From positions 350-64,349 of the forward strand of contig JAMPFT010000012.1 in the NCBI GenBank assembly GCA_023664305.1: a stretch of DNA of 64,000 bases. The letters are read 5' to 3'. Position 1 is the first letter of the stretch, and each line of letters opens with the position of its first letter. The notes below the pieces were generated by a model that was not told where the DNA came from, did not search any database, and saw only the letters and a list, made by a program, of their open reading frames with translations. The translations under genes were made by a program, and so were the position numbers. Source of the stretch: a bacterium. GTDB taxonomy: Bacteria > Bacillota > Clostridia > Lachnospirales > Lachnospiraceae. Of this stretch, positions 44,714-54,035 are shown in pieces.

Positions 44714-45664
44714 ATGAAATATACGGATTTTAGCGTGAAAACACACGGCTTTGCAGGGCATATGGCGGAACCGGAAGGCGGGGCAGACAAAGCGGTTATT
44801 GTGATCATGGGCGGGGAGAAAAGCATCCTTCCGGGAATCCGGATTGCGGAGCGTTTTGCGGAGTTTGGAATCTGCGGGCTGTCCGTATCACTGTTCGGGG
44901 CGGAGGGGCTGCCGGACGGTCCGGACCGGATCCCCCTTGAACTGTTTGAAAATGCGGTCAGATTCCTTGCGGAGAAAAAAGGCATAAAATCCGTCAGTAC
45001 CTATGGCGTGTCTATGGGTTCCCTGTTTGCGGCTCTGATCGCGGAGTACATCGGAGGGGTTGAAAATGTGATCATGGTGTCGCCGTCCCATGTGCCATTT
45101 GAGGGGACGCCGGACAAAAAGCATATGACCGGGCATTCCCTTGTGACCTGGCGTGGAAAGGAGCTGCCTTTTGTCAATGCGGATTTTACGAAATACAAAG
45201 CGATGAAATATTACCGTGACGGCCGCACGGGGTATAAAGTTACGGGGATGTGGAGGTCTTACCGGGATGCCTACGAGGATGAAGCGCGGGAAACGGCAGC
45301 GGATATCCATATAGAAAATCTGAATGCCCGGATTCTGCTTCTGGCGGGGACGGGGGACGAGATGTGGCCGTCGGACTATTCTGTCAGGTATCTTGAAAAG
45401 TCCCTGCGGGAAAATCATTACGGCAGAGAGTATAAAGCGGTACTGTATGAGGGCGCGGGCCATCTGCTCGGCATGATGCCGAGTCGTGAGCGGAATCCTG
45501 TGCTGTATAAAATGATTCCGCTGATCGGGATTTTTTACCGAAGGCTTTGGGATAACCGCCGCCTTTGTATGGAGGCACTGGGACAGTCCGAGAGGGAAAT
45601 TGTGGGATGGATCAGGGGAGGCGGCCAGGAAGGGGAAAGCCTGATGAAAAGAAGGGAGAGATAA
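44714..45664 (+). CDS. acyl-CoA thioesterase/BAAT-type alpha/beta hydrolase
   Basis: IPLELFENAVRFL, YGVSMGS, ILLLAGTGDEMWPS, YEGAGH. Confidence 0.82.
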   Translation: MKYTDFSVKTHGFAGHMAEPEGGADKAVIVIMGGEKSILPGIRIAERFAEFGICGLSVSLFGAEGLPDGPDRIPLELFENAVRFLAEKKGIKSVSTYGVSMGSLFAALIAEYIGGVENVIMVSPSHVPFEGTPDKKHMTGHSLVTWRGKELPFVNADFTKYKAMKYYRDGRTGYKVTGMWRSYRDAYEDEARETAADIHIENLNARILLLAGTGDEMWPSDYSVRYLEKSLRENHYGREYKAVLYEGAGHLLGMMPSRERNPVLYKMIPLIGIFYRRLWDNRRLCMEALGQSEREIVGWIRGGGQEGESLMKRRER

Positions 45665-45668
45665 AAAA

Positions 45669-46547
45669 GTGAGCCTGTTATATTCTTTTGCAGAGACAGC
45701 CTGTTATGGCCTGAACAGACTGCCGGGAGGCGGAGTAAAGAAGCTGATGGATCAGGGCCTTACCACGTCAACGGGAAAGGAGAAGCTCCCGGCATGGGTG
45801 AAGCGGCAGTGTAGGGTGCGGGAGGTGTCCCTGCAGGGATTTCCTGTCTACATCATCCGCCGAAGGAGTCCGGCGAAACGGACGAACCGGGCGGTATTGT
45901 TCCTGGCGGGCGGCGGGGGCATGTCCAGACCGACGTTCCTGCATTATCATGCGGCGGTGCGCATGGTGAAGGATACCGGCGCCACCGTATATTTCCCCTT
46001 TTATCCGCTTGCCCCACAGCATAATGCAAGTGAGGCGATTTCCTGGCTGGAGAAGGTGTATCGGGGGATGCTGCGGCGGTATTTGCCGGAGCAGATTCTG
46101 TTTGCAGGGGACAGCGCGGGGGCGAACCTCGCTTTAAGCCTGACGGGGCGCGTGGCAGAAAGGCCGTGTAAGCTGATCCTGATTTCCCCGGCCTTTGGGG
46201 TTCAGAACGGCGAAGCCCGGGATATCCGGCTGAAAATGGAGAAGCGGGATCCCCTTCTGTCCGTGGCCATGAACGACTGCATCTGTGAGAACTGGGCCAG
46301 GGGCATCCCTCTTGACAGCCCGGATATCAGCCCGGAGTTTGTGGATTACCGGGATTTCCCGGAGATGCTGGTCTTTTTCGGCAGCCATGAGCTGTTTTAC
46401 CCCGGCGTGAAAAAGGGATTGGAGAAGATTGCGGAGGAGGGCGTGAAGCTTTACACCGTGGAGAAGCCCATGTGCCATGACTGGGCGCTGTGCTTTTTCT
46501 TTCGGGAAGGGCGGGAGGCGCTTTCAAAAATGTGCGATTTTATATGA
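45669..46547 (+). CDS. alpha/beta hydrolase, HSL/Abhydrolase_3-type esterase
   Basis: FLAGGGG, YPLAP, AGDSAGAN, MCHDW. Confidence 0.85.
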   Translation: MSLLYSFAETACYGLNRLPGGGVKKLMDQGLTTSTGKEKLPAWVKRQCRVREVSLQGFPVYIIRRRSPAKRTNRAVLFLAGGGGMSRPTFLHYHAAVRMVKDTGATVYFPFYPLAPQHNASEAISWLEKVYRGMLRRYLPEQILFAGDSAGANLALSLTGRVAERPCKLILISPAFGVQNGEARDIRLKMEKRDPLLSVAMNDCICENWARGIPLDSPDISPEFVDYRDFPEMLVFFGSHELFYPGVKKGLEKIAEEGVKLYTVEKPMCHDWALCFFFREGREALSKMCDFI

Positions 46548-46558
46548 GGAGGCGTGAT

Positions 46559-47221
46559 ATGACTTACACTTATTGTGAAACCCTGATGTGGCATGCGCTG
46601 GCTCCCACGGCGTTCCGCTATCTGGCAGAGCAGGAGCCGGGTCTGGACATGGCGGCACTGAAGCGGCGTTCCAGGCGGATTTACCGGGAGATGACCGCCC
46701 GCACCCCGGACATCGGCTCCCTGACGGAGAATCCCCTGCGCATCTGCTTGAGCGGCGGGATGCTGTGGTTGTCCGTGTATGAGGCCATGGAGGGGCGGAT
46801 GAGCGAGGAACGCTTTGCCGGGATGGTGGAGGCAAGCATGCAGGCGCCGCTGGTGACGGCATCCTTCCGGGGCAAGGCGAAGACGGCCTTTACGCTGAAA
46901 GCCCAGCAGAAGCGGGCAGATGTCCTTGCGCGGACGGCGGACTCCGACATCCCCTTCCAATGGAAGGGAGAGGTGATCCTGGGCCGGGACACGGAGGAAT
47001 ACACCATTATTTACCGCCAGTGCGGACTGTGTGCGCTGGGACGTCAGGAGAAGCTGCATAGGTTGGTTCCTTATATGTGTACATTGGATATCATGTCCGT
47101 TGACTGGATGGGCGGCAGGCTCTACCGCACGAAGACTTTGGCTTCCGGCGGTGACTGCTGCGATTTTTACATCTGCAAGAAGGATTCCAAATGGGATGCG
47201 GAGCGTCAGGCGGCGGAGTAA
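46559..47221 (+). CDS. L-2-amino-thiazoline-4-carboxylic acid hydrolase family protein
   Basis: YRQCGLCAL, LVPYMCTLD, LYRTKTLASGGDCCDF. Confidence 0.8.
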   Translation: MTYTYCETLMWHALAPTAFRYLAEQEPGLDMAALKRRSRRIYREMTARTPDIGSLTENPLRICLSGGMLWLSVYEAMEGRMSEERFAGMVEASMQAPLVTASFRGKAKTAFTLKAQQKRADVLARTADSDIPFQWKGEVILGRDTEEYTIIYRQCGLCALGRQEKLHRLVPYMCTLDIMSVDWMGGRLYRTKTLASGGDCCDFYICKKDSKWDAERQAAE

Positions 47222-47233
47222 GGAAATGTCTCA

Positions 47234-47308
47234 AAATAACTTGCGCAGGTGTCCGCAGTTTTTAAGCGTATATCAAGACTTTATGTAAGGAAAGTGCGCA
47301 AGTTATTT
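47234..47308. repeat. 14-bp perfect inverted repeats around a 47-bp core (MITE-like)
   Basis: aaataacttgcgca 47234-47247 and tgcgcaagttattt 47295-47308. Confidence 0.7.
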
Positions 47309-47341
47309 CTCGGCAGTTCCTAAGAAAAGAAAGTAGGGGAT

Positions 47342-48145
47342 ATGGGAATGGAAAAAGTGCAGATACAGGGCGTGCCGGAGACCATGCTTCAGACACTGTA
47401 TGCGAGGGCGGCGTATTCCGGGCAGAAAAATGCCAAATTCCGTGACAAAAAAGCCATGGAGATGGTATCCCGCCTGGATTACGATTTTTCGTCCGCCCAA
47501 AAGGATGTCATGATGTCCAAAGGGGTCATTGCCAGGACGATACTGCTTGACCGCATGGTGGGCAGTTTTCTTGGGGAAAATCCAAACGGGACAGTGGTCA
47601 ATATCGCCTGCGGGCTTGACACAAGGGTGTATCGCTTAAACGCCGGTCCTTCTGTCCGCTGGTATAACCTTGACCTTCCGGAGACCATAGAAGTCCGCCG
47701 CCTTTTCCTGCAGGAGGAAGGGCATATTTCCATGATTGCGAAGTCGGCGATGGATGAGAGCTGGGCGGAGGGGATAGAAGAGCCGAAGGGCAGGGTGTTG
47801 GTCGTCATAGAGGGGCTGACCATGTACCTGTCGGAACAGGACGTCAAGAAGATACTTTCCATCATCAGCAGGCGGTTTGCCTCTGCGGAGGTCATTATGG
47901 AGGTCATGAGTCCGTGGATGGTAAAGCATGTAAAAGAAAAATCCATTGAGAAGACGAAGGCGAAGTTTATCTGGGGCATAAAATCGGGGAAAGAGCTGCA
48001 GCGTATCGCTCCGGAATATATGTGGGTACGCGACGTGAGCCTGGTGGAGGGGATGAAAATCCTTGTGCCTGTGTACCGGCTGTTCGGATGGATCCCCATG
48101 ATAAAAAATATTTCCAATAAACTGGTTGTGCTGAGGGAGGGATAG
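47342..48145 (+). CDS. class I SAM-dependent O-methyltransferase (LCM/TcmP-like)
   Basis: VPETMLQTLYARA, VVNIACGLDTR, WYNLDLPE, IEGLTMYL. Confidence 0.88.
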   Translation: MGMEKVQIQGVPETMLQTLYARAAYSGQKNAKFRDKKAMEMVSRLDYDFSSAQKDVMMSKGVIARTILLDRMVGSFLGENPNGTVVNIACGLDTRVYRLNAGPSVRWYNLDLPETIEVRRLFLQEEGHISMIAKSAMDESWAEGIEEPKGRVLVVIEGLTMYLSEQDVKKILSIISRRFASAEVIMEVMSPWMVKHVKEKSIEKTKAKFIWGIKSGKELQRIAPEYMWVRDVSLVEGMKILVPVYRLFGWIPMIKNISNKLVVLREG

Positions 48146-48361
48146 AACTAATTTACGCACACAGGCAAAATCTCTGCTTCCAGCCCCGCAGACGCGCGAC
48201 GCATGAAGCTGGCGAAATGGCTGCCTGACCATCACTGCGGGGGATCATCGACGCGATGTTCGGCAGGCTGGCAAGGAAGGACAAGATGATCAATAGATAA
48301 AAAAATGTCCAATCGGTGCAATTTGGGCGAAGCGGGGAGCCGCTTTTTTTAAACAACTGAG

Positions 48362-48377
48362 GTTAGTTTTTTCTAAC
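48362..48377. promoter_or_regulatory. GTTAG-N6-CTAAC box upstream of the first ABC heterodimer
   Basis: gttag-tttttt-ctaac, 35 nt before ATG 48413. Confidence 0.7.
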
Positions 48378-48412
48378 TAATATATTTTTCACTAATTTAA
48401 GGAGGTCATTCG

Positions 48413-50239
48413 ATGAAACAAGAGAAAAAGAACGATGTGGCTGTCCTGCTAAAATATGCGGGAAGCTACAGGGGCCTGACATTTTTAGGGCTGGCCCTGT
48501 CTGCAGTGTCCATGCTCCTTAGCATGGCTCCCTACATTTGCATCTGGCTGGCGGCCCGTGATCTGATTAAGGCCGCTCCGGAGTGGACACAGGCACAGAA
48601 CGTTTCCGGATATGGCTGGATAGCCTTCGGGTTCGCAGTAGGCGGTATTATCCTGTATTTTGCGGGCCTGATGTGTACCCATCTGGCTGCTTTCCGCACA
48701 GCCTCCAACATACGAAAACAAGGGGTCGCCCATGTGATGAAGGCTCCGCTGGGATTTTTTGATTCCAACGCCTCCGGCCTGATCCGCGGGCGGCTGGATG
48801 CGGCGGCAGCCGACACCGAAACGCTGCTGGCGCATAATCTGGCTGACATCGTAGGTACTGTCGTGCTGTTTTTGTCGATGCTTGTCATGATGTTTCTTTT
48901 TGACTGGCGGATGGGAGCGGCATGCCTGTTGGCGGCGGTCATTTCGATCATCGCCATGTTTTCCATGATGGGAGGCAAAAATGCCAGGATTATGGCACAG
49001 TACCAGGAGGCTCAGGACCGCATGGCGAAGGCGGGAACGGAATATGTGAGGGGGATTCCCGTCGTGAAAATATTCCAGCAGACGGTCTATTCCTTCAAGG
49101 CGTTTCAGGAGGCCATCGAGGATTACAGCAGCAAGGCCGAACACTATCAGGTGGATGTATGCCGCACTGCCCAGTCTGTCAATTTGACCTTTACCGAAGG
49201 GGCTTTCCTGTTTCTGGTTCCGGCGGCGCTGTTCCTTGCCCCGGGGGCGCTGGCAAACGGCAGTTTTGCCGGGTTTGTTACGGATTTCGCTTTTTATGCC
49301 GTGTTTTCGGCTATTATTTCTACCGCGCTTGCAAAAATAATGTTTGCCGCCTCCGGTATGATGCTGGCCGATACCGCTTTGGGACGCATCAATCAGGTGA
49401 TGGAAGCGCCTGCTCTGAAAGCGCCCGACAATCCGCAGACGCCCTGCGGCAATAAGGTGGAATTTAAGGATGTGAGCTTTACCTACGACGGAGCGGAGAG
49501 CCCGGCGCTCTCCCATGTGTCTTTCACGGCGCAGCCGGGACAGACCGTAGCTTTAGTGGGGCCGTCCGGCGGCGGAAAGACAACGGCAGCCAGCCTGATC
49601 CCGCGTTTTTGGGATGTGACGTCCGGTGCGGTGGAGGTCGGCGGAGTAAATGTTGCGCAAATCGATCCGCATATCCTTATGGATCAGGTGGCTTTCGTGT
49701 TCCAGAATAGCCGTCTGTTCAAGGCATCTATCCTGGAAAATGTCCGGGCTGCCCGCCCGGAAGCGACCAGGGAACAGGTGATGGCTGCCCTGATGGCCGC
49801 CCAGTGCAAGGACATTCTTGATAAACTGCCGAATGGCCTTGACACACAGATCGGCGCCGAGGGAACTTATCTTTCCGGCGGGGAACAGCAGCGTATTGCG
49901 TTGGCCAGAGCCATTTTGAAGGACGCTCCCATTGTGGTGCTGGACGAGGCTACCGCTTTCGCCGATCCTGAGAATGAAGTGTTGATCCAGAAGGCCTTTG
50001 CCGCTCTGACGAAAGGCCGCACCGTTATTATGATCGCCCACCGTCTTTCCACCGTTGTGGATGCGGATAAGATTATCGTCCTGGAGGAAGGGCGCATTGC
50101 CGAGCATGGGACTCATGAGGAGCTTGCTGCTTCCGGAGGCCTGTATGCCCGGATGTGGAATGACTATAACAAGGCGGTCCAATGGAAGATTTCCCGGGAA
50201 ATTTCCAGGGAAAATACCGGCGAAAAGGAGGCGGAGTAA
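48413..50239 (+). CDS. ABC transporter fused permease/ATPase (IrtAB/YbtPQ-like subunit 1)
   Basis: TM region, GPSGGGKT, LSGGEQQR, LDEATA. Confidence 0.9.
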   Translation: MKQEKKNDVAVLLKYAGSYRGLTFLGLALSAVSMLLSMAPYICIWLAARDLIKAAPEWTQAQNVSGYGWIAFGFAVGGIILYFAGLMCTHLAAFRTASNIRKQGVAHVMKAPLGFFDSNASGLIRGRLDAAAADTETLLAHNLADIVGTVVLFLSMLVMMFLFDWRMGAACLLAAVISIIAMFSMMGGKNARIMAQYQEAQDRMAKAGTEYVRGIPVVKIFQQTVYSFKAFQEAIEDYSSKAEHYQVDVCRTAQSVNLTFTEGAFLFLVPAALFLAPGALANGSFAGFVTDFAFYAVFSAIISTALAKIMFAASGMMLADTALGRINQVMEAPALKAPDNPQTPCGNKVEFKDVSFTYDGAESPALSHVSFTAQPGQTVALVGPSGGGKTTAASLIPRFWDVTSGAVEVGGVNVAQIDPHILMDQVAFVFQNSRLFKASILENVRAARPEATREQVMAALMAAQCKDILDKLPNGLDTQIGAEGTYLSGGEQQRIALARAILKDAPIVVLDEATAFADPENEVLIQKAFAALTKGRTVIMIAHRLSTVVDADKIIVLEEGRIAEHGTHEELAASGGLYARMWNDYNKAVQWKISREISRENTGEKEAE

Positions 50240-51988
50240 ATGTTTGGAGAAAAATTTCAGCGTAAATATGCCCTGACCGATCAGGGCGTCCGGAATACCA
50301 GAAAAGGCACATTTTGGACGGTTATCGTGAATCTGGTTGTCATGGGCGGCGCCGGCATCCTGTATCTGGTAATGGCTGGCTTCATGGGAACCCTGACAGA
50401 AGGAGAGCCGCTGGCCGGTCCGGCGCCTGTCATCGGGCTGTCGGTTCTCTTTGCCCTCCTGTCCTTTGTGACCCATCTGCAGCAATACAAAGCAACCTAC
50501 GGGCTGGTATATAATGAGGTCAAAAACACACGTCTCAGTCTGGCGGAACGGCTCCGCAAACTGCCGCTGGGGTATTTTGGCAGGCGGGATCTGGCGGACT
50601 TGACCGAGACCCTTATGGGGGACGTGAATCGGATGGAGCATGTCTGGTCTCATGTGCTGGGGTATCTGTACGGCGCTTACATCTCTACGGCAGTCATCGC
50701 CGTGTGCCTGTTTGTTTACGACTGGCGGCTGGCGATTGCCTGCCTGTGGGGCGTACCTGTAGCCTTTGGCCTGCTGTTTGGCAGCCGTAAGCTTGCCGCC
50801 CGGAGCGCCGAGCGGACAAAAAAGGCAGCCCTCCGGGTATCGGACGGTATTCAGGAAGCATTGGAAAACGTCAGGGAGATCCGCGCCACAAATCAGGAGG
50901 AACGGTATCTGAAGGGACTGAACCGGAAAATTGACGAGCAGGAACGGGTTACGGTCCGGGGTGAACTGGGAACCGGCCTCTTTGTCAATGCCGCCAGCGT
51001 TATCATGCGGCTGGGCGTGGCGACGACCATTCTGACTGGCGCGGATCTGATCCTGTCCGGCAGCATCGATTTTATGCTTTTGTTCCTGTTTCTGCTTGTC
51101 ATTACCCGCGTCTATGCGCCGTTCGACCAAAGCCTGGCGATCATTGCGGAAATGTTTGTCTCCCAGGTGTCGGCTGACCGTATGAACGAAATTTATGACA
51201 CGCCTGTAGCGGAGGGCACAGAAAAATTTGAGCCAAAGGGGCATACTATTATCTTTGAGCATGTGGGCTTTTCTTACGATGAAAAGGAAGTCCTGCATGA
51301 TGTGAGCTTTACCGCGAAAGAGGGCGAAGTCACGGCGTTAGTAGGCCCTTCCGGCTCCGGTAAAAGCACCTGTGCCCGGCTTGCCGCAAGGCTGTGGGAC
51401 ATTTCAAAAGGGGTAATCCGTGTGGGCGGCGTGGATATTTCCACCGTAGACCCGGAGGTGCTGCTGCGGGATTATTCCATGGTGTTTCAGGATGTGGTGC
51501 TGTTCGATGATACCGTGATGGAAAACATCCGTCTCGGCAGGCGCGGCGCGGCGGATGAAGAAGTGATAGCTGCGGCCAAAGCGGCAAACTGCGACGAGTT
51601 TGTCCGCAGGCTCCCCCAGGGCTACAACACCCCCATCGGAGAGAACGGCGCGAAGCTTTCCGGCGGGGAACGGCAGCGGATCTCGATTGCAAGAGCTTTG
51701 CTTAAAGATGCGCCCATCGTCCTCCTTGACGAGGCGACCGCCAGTCTGGATGTGGAAAACGAGACAAAGATTCAAGAGGCGCTCTCCCGCCTGCTGGCCG
51801 GAAAGACCGTATTGGTGATCGCCCACCGGATGCGCACTGTGGAGGCGGCCGATAAAATTGTCGTTCTGAAAGACGGCCGGGTGGCAGAAGAGGGGACGCC
51901 GGAAGAGCTGACGGACAACAAAAACGGTCTTTTCCGCCGCATGGTGGAGCTGCAGCGGCAAAGCGCCGGATGGCGGTTGAACTCGTAA
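50240..51988 (+). CDS. ABC transporter fused permease/ATPase (subunit 2)
   Basis: TM region, GPSGSGKST, LSGGERQR, LDEATAS. Confidence 0.9.
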   Translation: MFGEKFQRKYALTDQGVRNTRKGTFWTVIVNLVVMGGAGILYLVMAGFMGTLTEGEPLAGPAPVIGLSVLFALLSFVTHLQQYKATYGLVYNEVKNTRLSLAERLRKLPLGYFGRRDLADLTETLMGDVNRMEHVWSHVLGYLYGAYISTAVIAVCLFVYDWRLAIACLWGVPVAFGLLFGSRKLAARSAERTKKAALRVSDGIQEALENVREIRATNQEERYLKGLNRKIDEQERVTVRGELGTGLFVNAASVIMRLGVATTILTGADLILSGSIDFMLLFLFLLVITRVYAPFDQSLAIIAEMFVSQVSADRMNEIYDTPVAEGTEKFEPKGHTIIFEHVGFSYDEKEVLHDVSFTAKEGEVTALVGPSGSGKSTCARLAARLWDISKGVIRVGGVDISTVDPEVLLRDYSMVFQDVVLFDDTVMENIRLGRRGAADEEVIAAAKAANCDEFVRRLPQGYNTPIGENGAKLSGGERQRISIARALLKDAPIVLLDEATASLDVENETKIQEALSRLLAGKTVLVIAHRMRTVEAADKIVVLKDGRVAEEGTPEELTDNKNGLFRRMVELQRQSAGWRLNS

Positions 51989-52015
51989 ACGCATCGCATT
52001 TTTCATCTTCCCATA

Positions 52016-52068
52016 TTGACAGTGTAACGGAGTTATGCTATACTACCAATGATTAGTAATAACTAACC
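52016..52068 (+). promoter_or_regulatory. SigA promoter with (G/A)TTAG-N6-CTAAC box at the transcription start
   Basis: TTGACA 52016-17bp-TATACT 52039 with TG extension; attag-taataa-ctaac 52052-52067. Confidence 0.78.
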
Positions 52069-52298
52069 GGTAAATCATGCAGGGCGGAAGGCAGTTTTCT
52101 GTTAAAAAGAGTACGATAATTTGCTATAAGAATAGAGCAGCGGTTCATGCGGAATATCCGGCATGGGCCGCTGTTCATGAGTATCTCGGCACGGGCTTGA
52201 CGGGGCTTTGTCTGAGGCGGCCGGAAATTAAACGCCGACTGAAAATACGGGGATGGGATTCCGGGGCTGTAAAATTATTTTGAGGAGGATGAAATCCT

Positions 52299-54035
52299 AT
52301 GATGATCAACAAACGGCTGATCGGTACGGTCAGCGAAAGCAAAAAGTACATAGCGGGAAACGTGATTCTGCAGTGGTGTTCCCTGGCGGCAAATATCGCC
52401 ATGATGACGGGCATCACCTGTCTGCTGCAGGATCTGTTCTACGAAACGGCGGACAAAAAGAATATCCTGACGACGGCGGCGATTGCACTGGCTGCCGTTG
52501 TGATCCGCTTTGCGTGTACGGCGGGCGCTTCCCGCATGGGATATCTTTCTTCCAGGGCGGTGAAGAAAACCCTGCGGGAGAAGATTTATTCGAAGCTGTT
52601 GAGGCTGGGGGCCTCCTACAACGAACAGGTGAAAACCTCCGAGATCGTACAGGTTGCCGTGGAGGGCGTGGATCAGCTGGAAACTTACTTCGGCGCATAT
52701 CTGCCCCAGTTTTTCTACGCCATGCTTGCGCCGTTTACGCTGTTTATTTATCTCTGTTTTGTCAGCGTTCCCGCGGCGGCCGTGCTGCTGGTATGTGTGC
52801 CGCTTATTCCCGTCGCCATTGCCGCGGTGCAGACCTGGGCCAAAAAGCTGCTGTCGAAATACTGGAATCAGTATACGGCGCTGGGCGATACCTTTCTGGA
52901 AAATCTGCAGGGGCTGACCACGCTGAAAATCTATCAGGCGGACGGGTTCAAGCACCGCGAGATGAACGCCGAGGCGGAGAAGTTCCGCAAAATCACCATG
53001 AAGGTGCTGACCATGCAGCTTAATTCCATTACCATCATGGACCTGATCGCTTATGGCGGGGCGGCGCTGGGCGTGATCCTGGCGGCGACGCAGTACGAAA
53101 AGGGCCGTGTGTCTCTCGCGGGGTGTCTTTTGATCATCCTGCTGGCGGCGGATTTCTTCATCCCCATGCGCCAGCTCGGCTCCTTTTTTCATATCGCCAT
53201 GAACGGCATGGCGGCCAGCGACAAAATCTTTGCTCTGCTCGATCTGCCGGAGGCGGAAGAAAAAACGGGAACTGTCCCGGAGGACTGCTCCGTCGTCTGC
53301 TCCGAGCTGCGCTTTTCCTACGATGCGGACAGGGAGATCCTGCACGGCGTAACGATGCGGTTTCCGAGAGGTTCGTTTACCTCCGTCGTGGGGGAATCGG
53401 GCTGCGGGAAGTCCACCGTGGCGGCGATCCTTATGGGCCGGAACAAGGGATATTCGGGCTCTGTCTCTGTGGGCGGCACGGAGCTTTCGGAAATCGGCGA
53501 GGCAAGCCTGATGCAAAGCTTTACCTACATCAGTCACCAGAGCTATCTGTTTAAGGGCACGGTGCGCGAGAATCTGCTGATGGGAAAGCCGGACGCCTCC
53601 GACAGCGAGCTGTGGGAGGTGTTGAATCGGGTCAGGCTCGCGGACTTTCTGAGAGCGGAAAACGGGCTCGACACGCTTCTTGCCGAAAAGGCAGGCAATC
53701 TCTCTGGAGGGCAGTGTCAGCGCCTCGCGCTGGCAAGGGCGCTGCTTCATGACAGCCCCGTGTATCTCTTCGATGAAGCCACGTCAAATATCGACGTAGA
53801 GAGCGAAAACGATATTATGCGGGAAATTCACTCGCTTGCGGAAACCAAAACGGTAATACTCATTTCCCACAGGCTCGCCAATGTGACCGCTTCCGACAAC
53901 ATTTATGTGATGGAAAACGGCGCGGTCACGGAGAGCGGCACGCATGACGAGCTGCTTGCGAAAGGCGGCGGTTACGCCCGGCTGTGGAACGCGCAGCAAA
54001 GCCTTGAGAATTATGCGGGAGGTGCAAATGTATGA
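52299..54035 (+). CDS. CydD-like ABC transporter permease/ATPase
   Basis: EGVDQLETYFGAYLPQ, LADFFIPMRQLG-type motif, GESGCGKS, LSGGQCQR. Confidence 0.85.
   Translation: MMINKRLIGTVSESKKYIAGNVILQWCSLAANIAMMTGITCLLQDLFYETADKKNILTTAAIALAAVVIRFACTAGASRMGYLSSRAVKKTLREKIYSKLLRLGASYNEQVKTSEIVQVAVEGVDQLETYFGAYLPQFFYAMLAPFTLFIYLCFVSVPAAAVLLVCVPLIPVAIAAVQTWAKKLLSKYWNQYTALGDTFLENLQGLTTLKIYQADGFKHREMNAEAEKFRKITMKVLTMQLNSITIMDLIAYGGAALGVILAATQYEKGRVSLAGCLLIILLAADFFIPMRQLGSFFHIAMNGMAASDKIFALLDLPEAEEKTGTVPEDCSVVCSELRFSYDADREILHGVTMRFPRGSFTSVVGESGCGKSTVAAILMGRNKGYSGSVSVGGTELSEIGEASLMQSFTYISHQSYLFKGTVRENLLMGKPDASDSELWEVLNRVRLADFLRAENGLDTLLAEKAGNLSGGQCQRLALARALLHDSPVYLFDEATSNIDVESENDIMREIHSLAETKTVILISHRLANVTASDNIYVMENGAVTESGTHDELLAKGGGYARLWNAQQSLENYAGGANV

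Noticed and set aside
34307-48413. Integron-like cassette array explaining the co-oriented accessory genes
   Set aside because: No recurring attC-like palindromes between genes and no integrase; the repeats found are gene relics
52070-52298. Riboswitch in the 230-nt leader of the cydDC-like pair (and in 48150-48350)
   Set aside because: Hairpins are present, but I recognise no cobalamin, SAM, TPP, FMN or T-box consensus; an Rfam search would be needed
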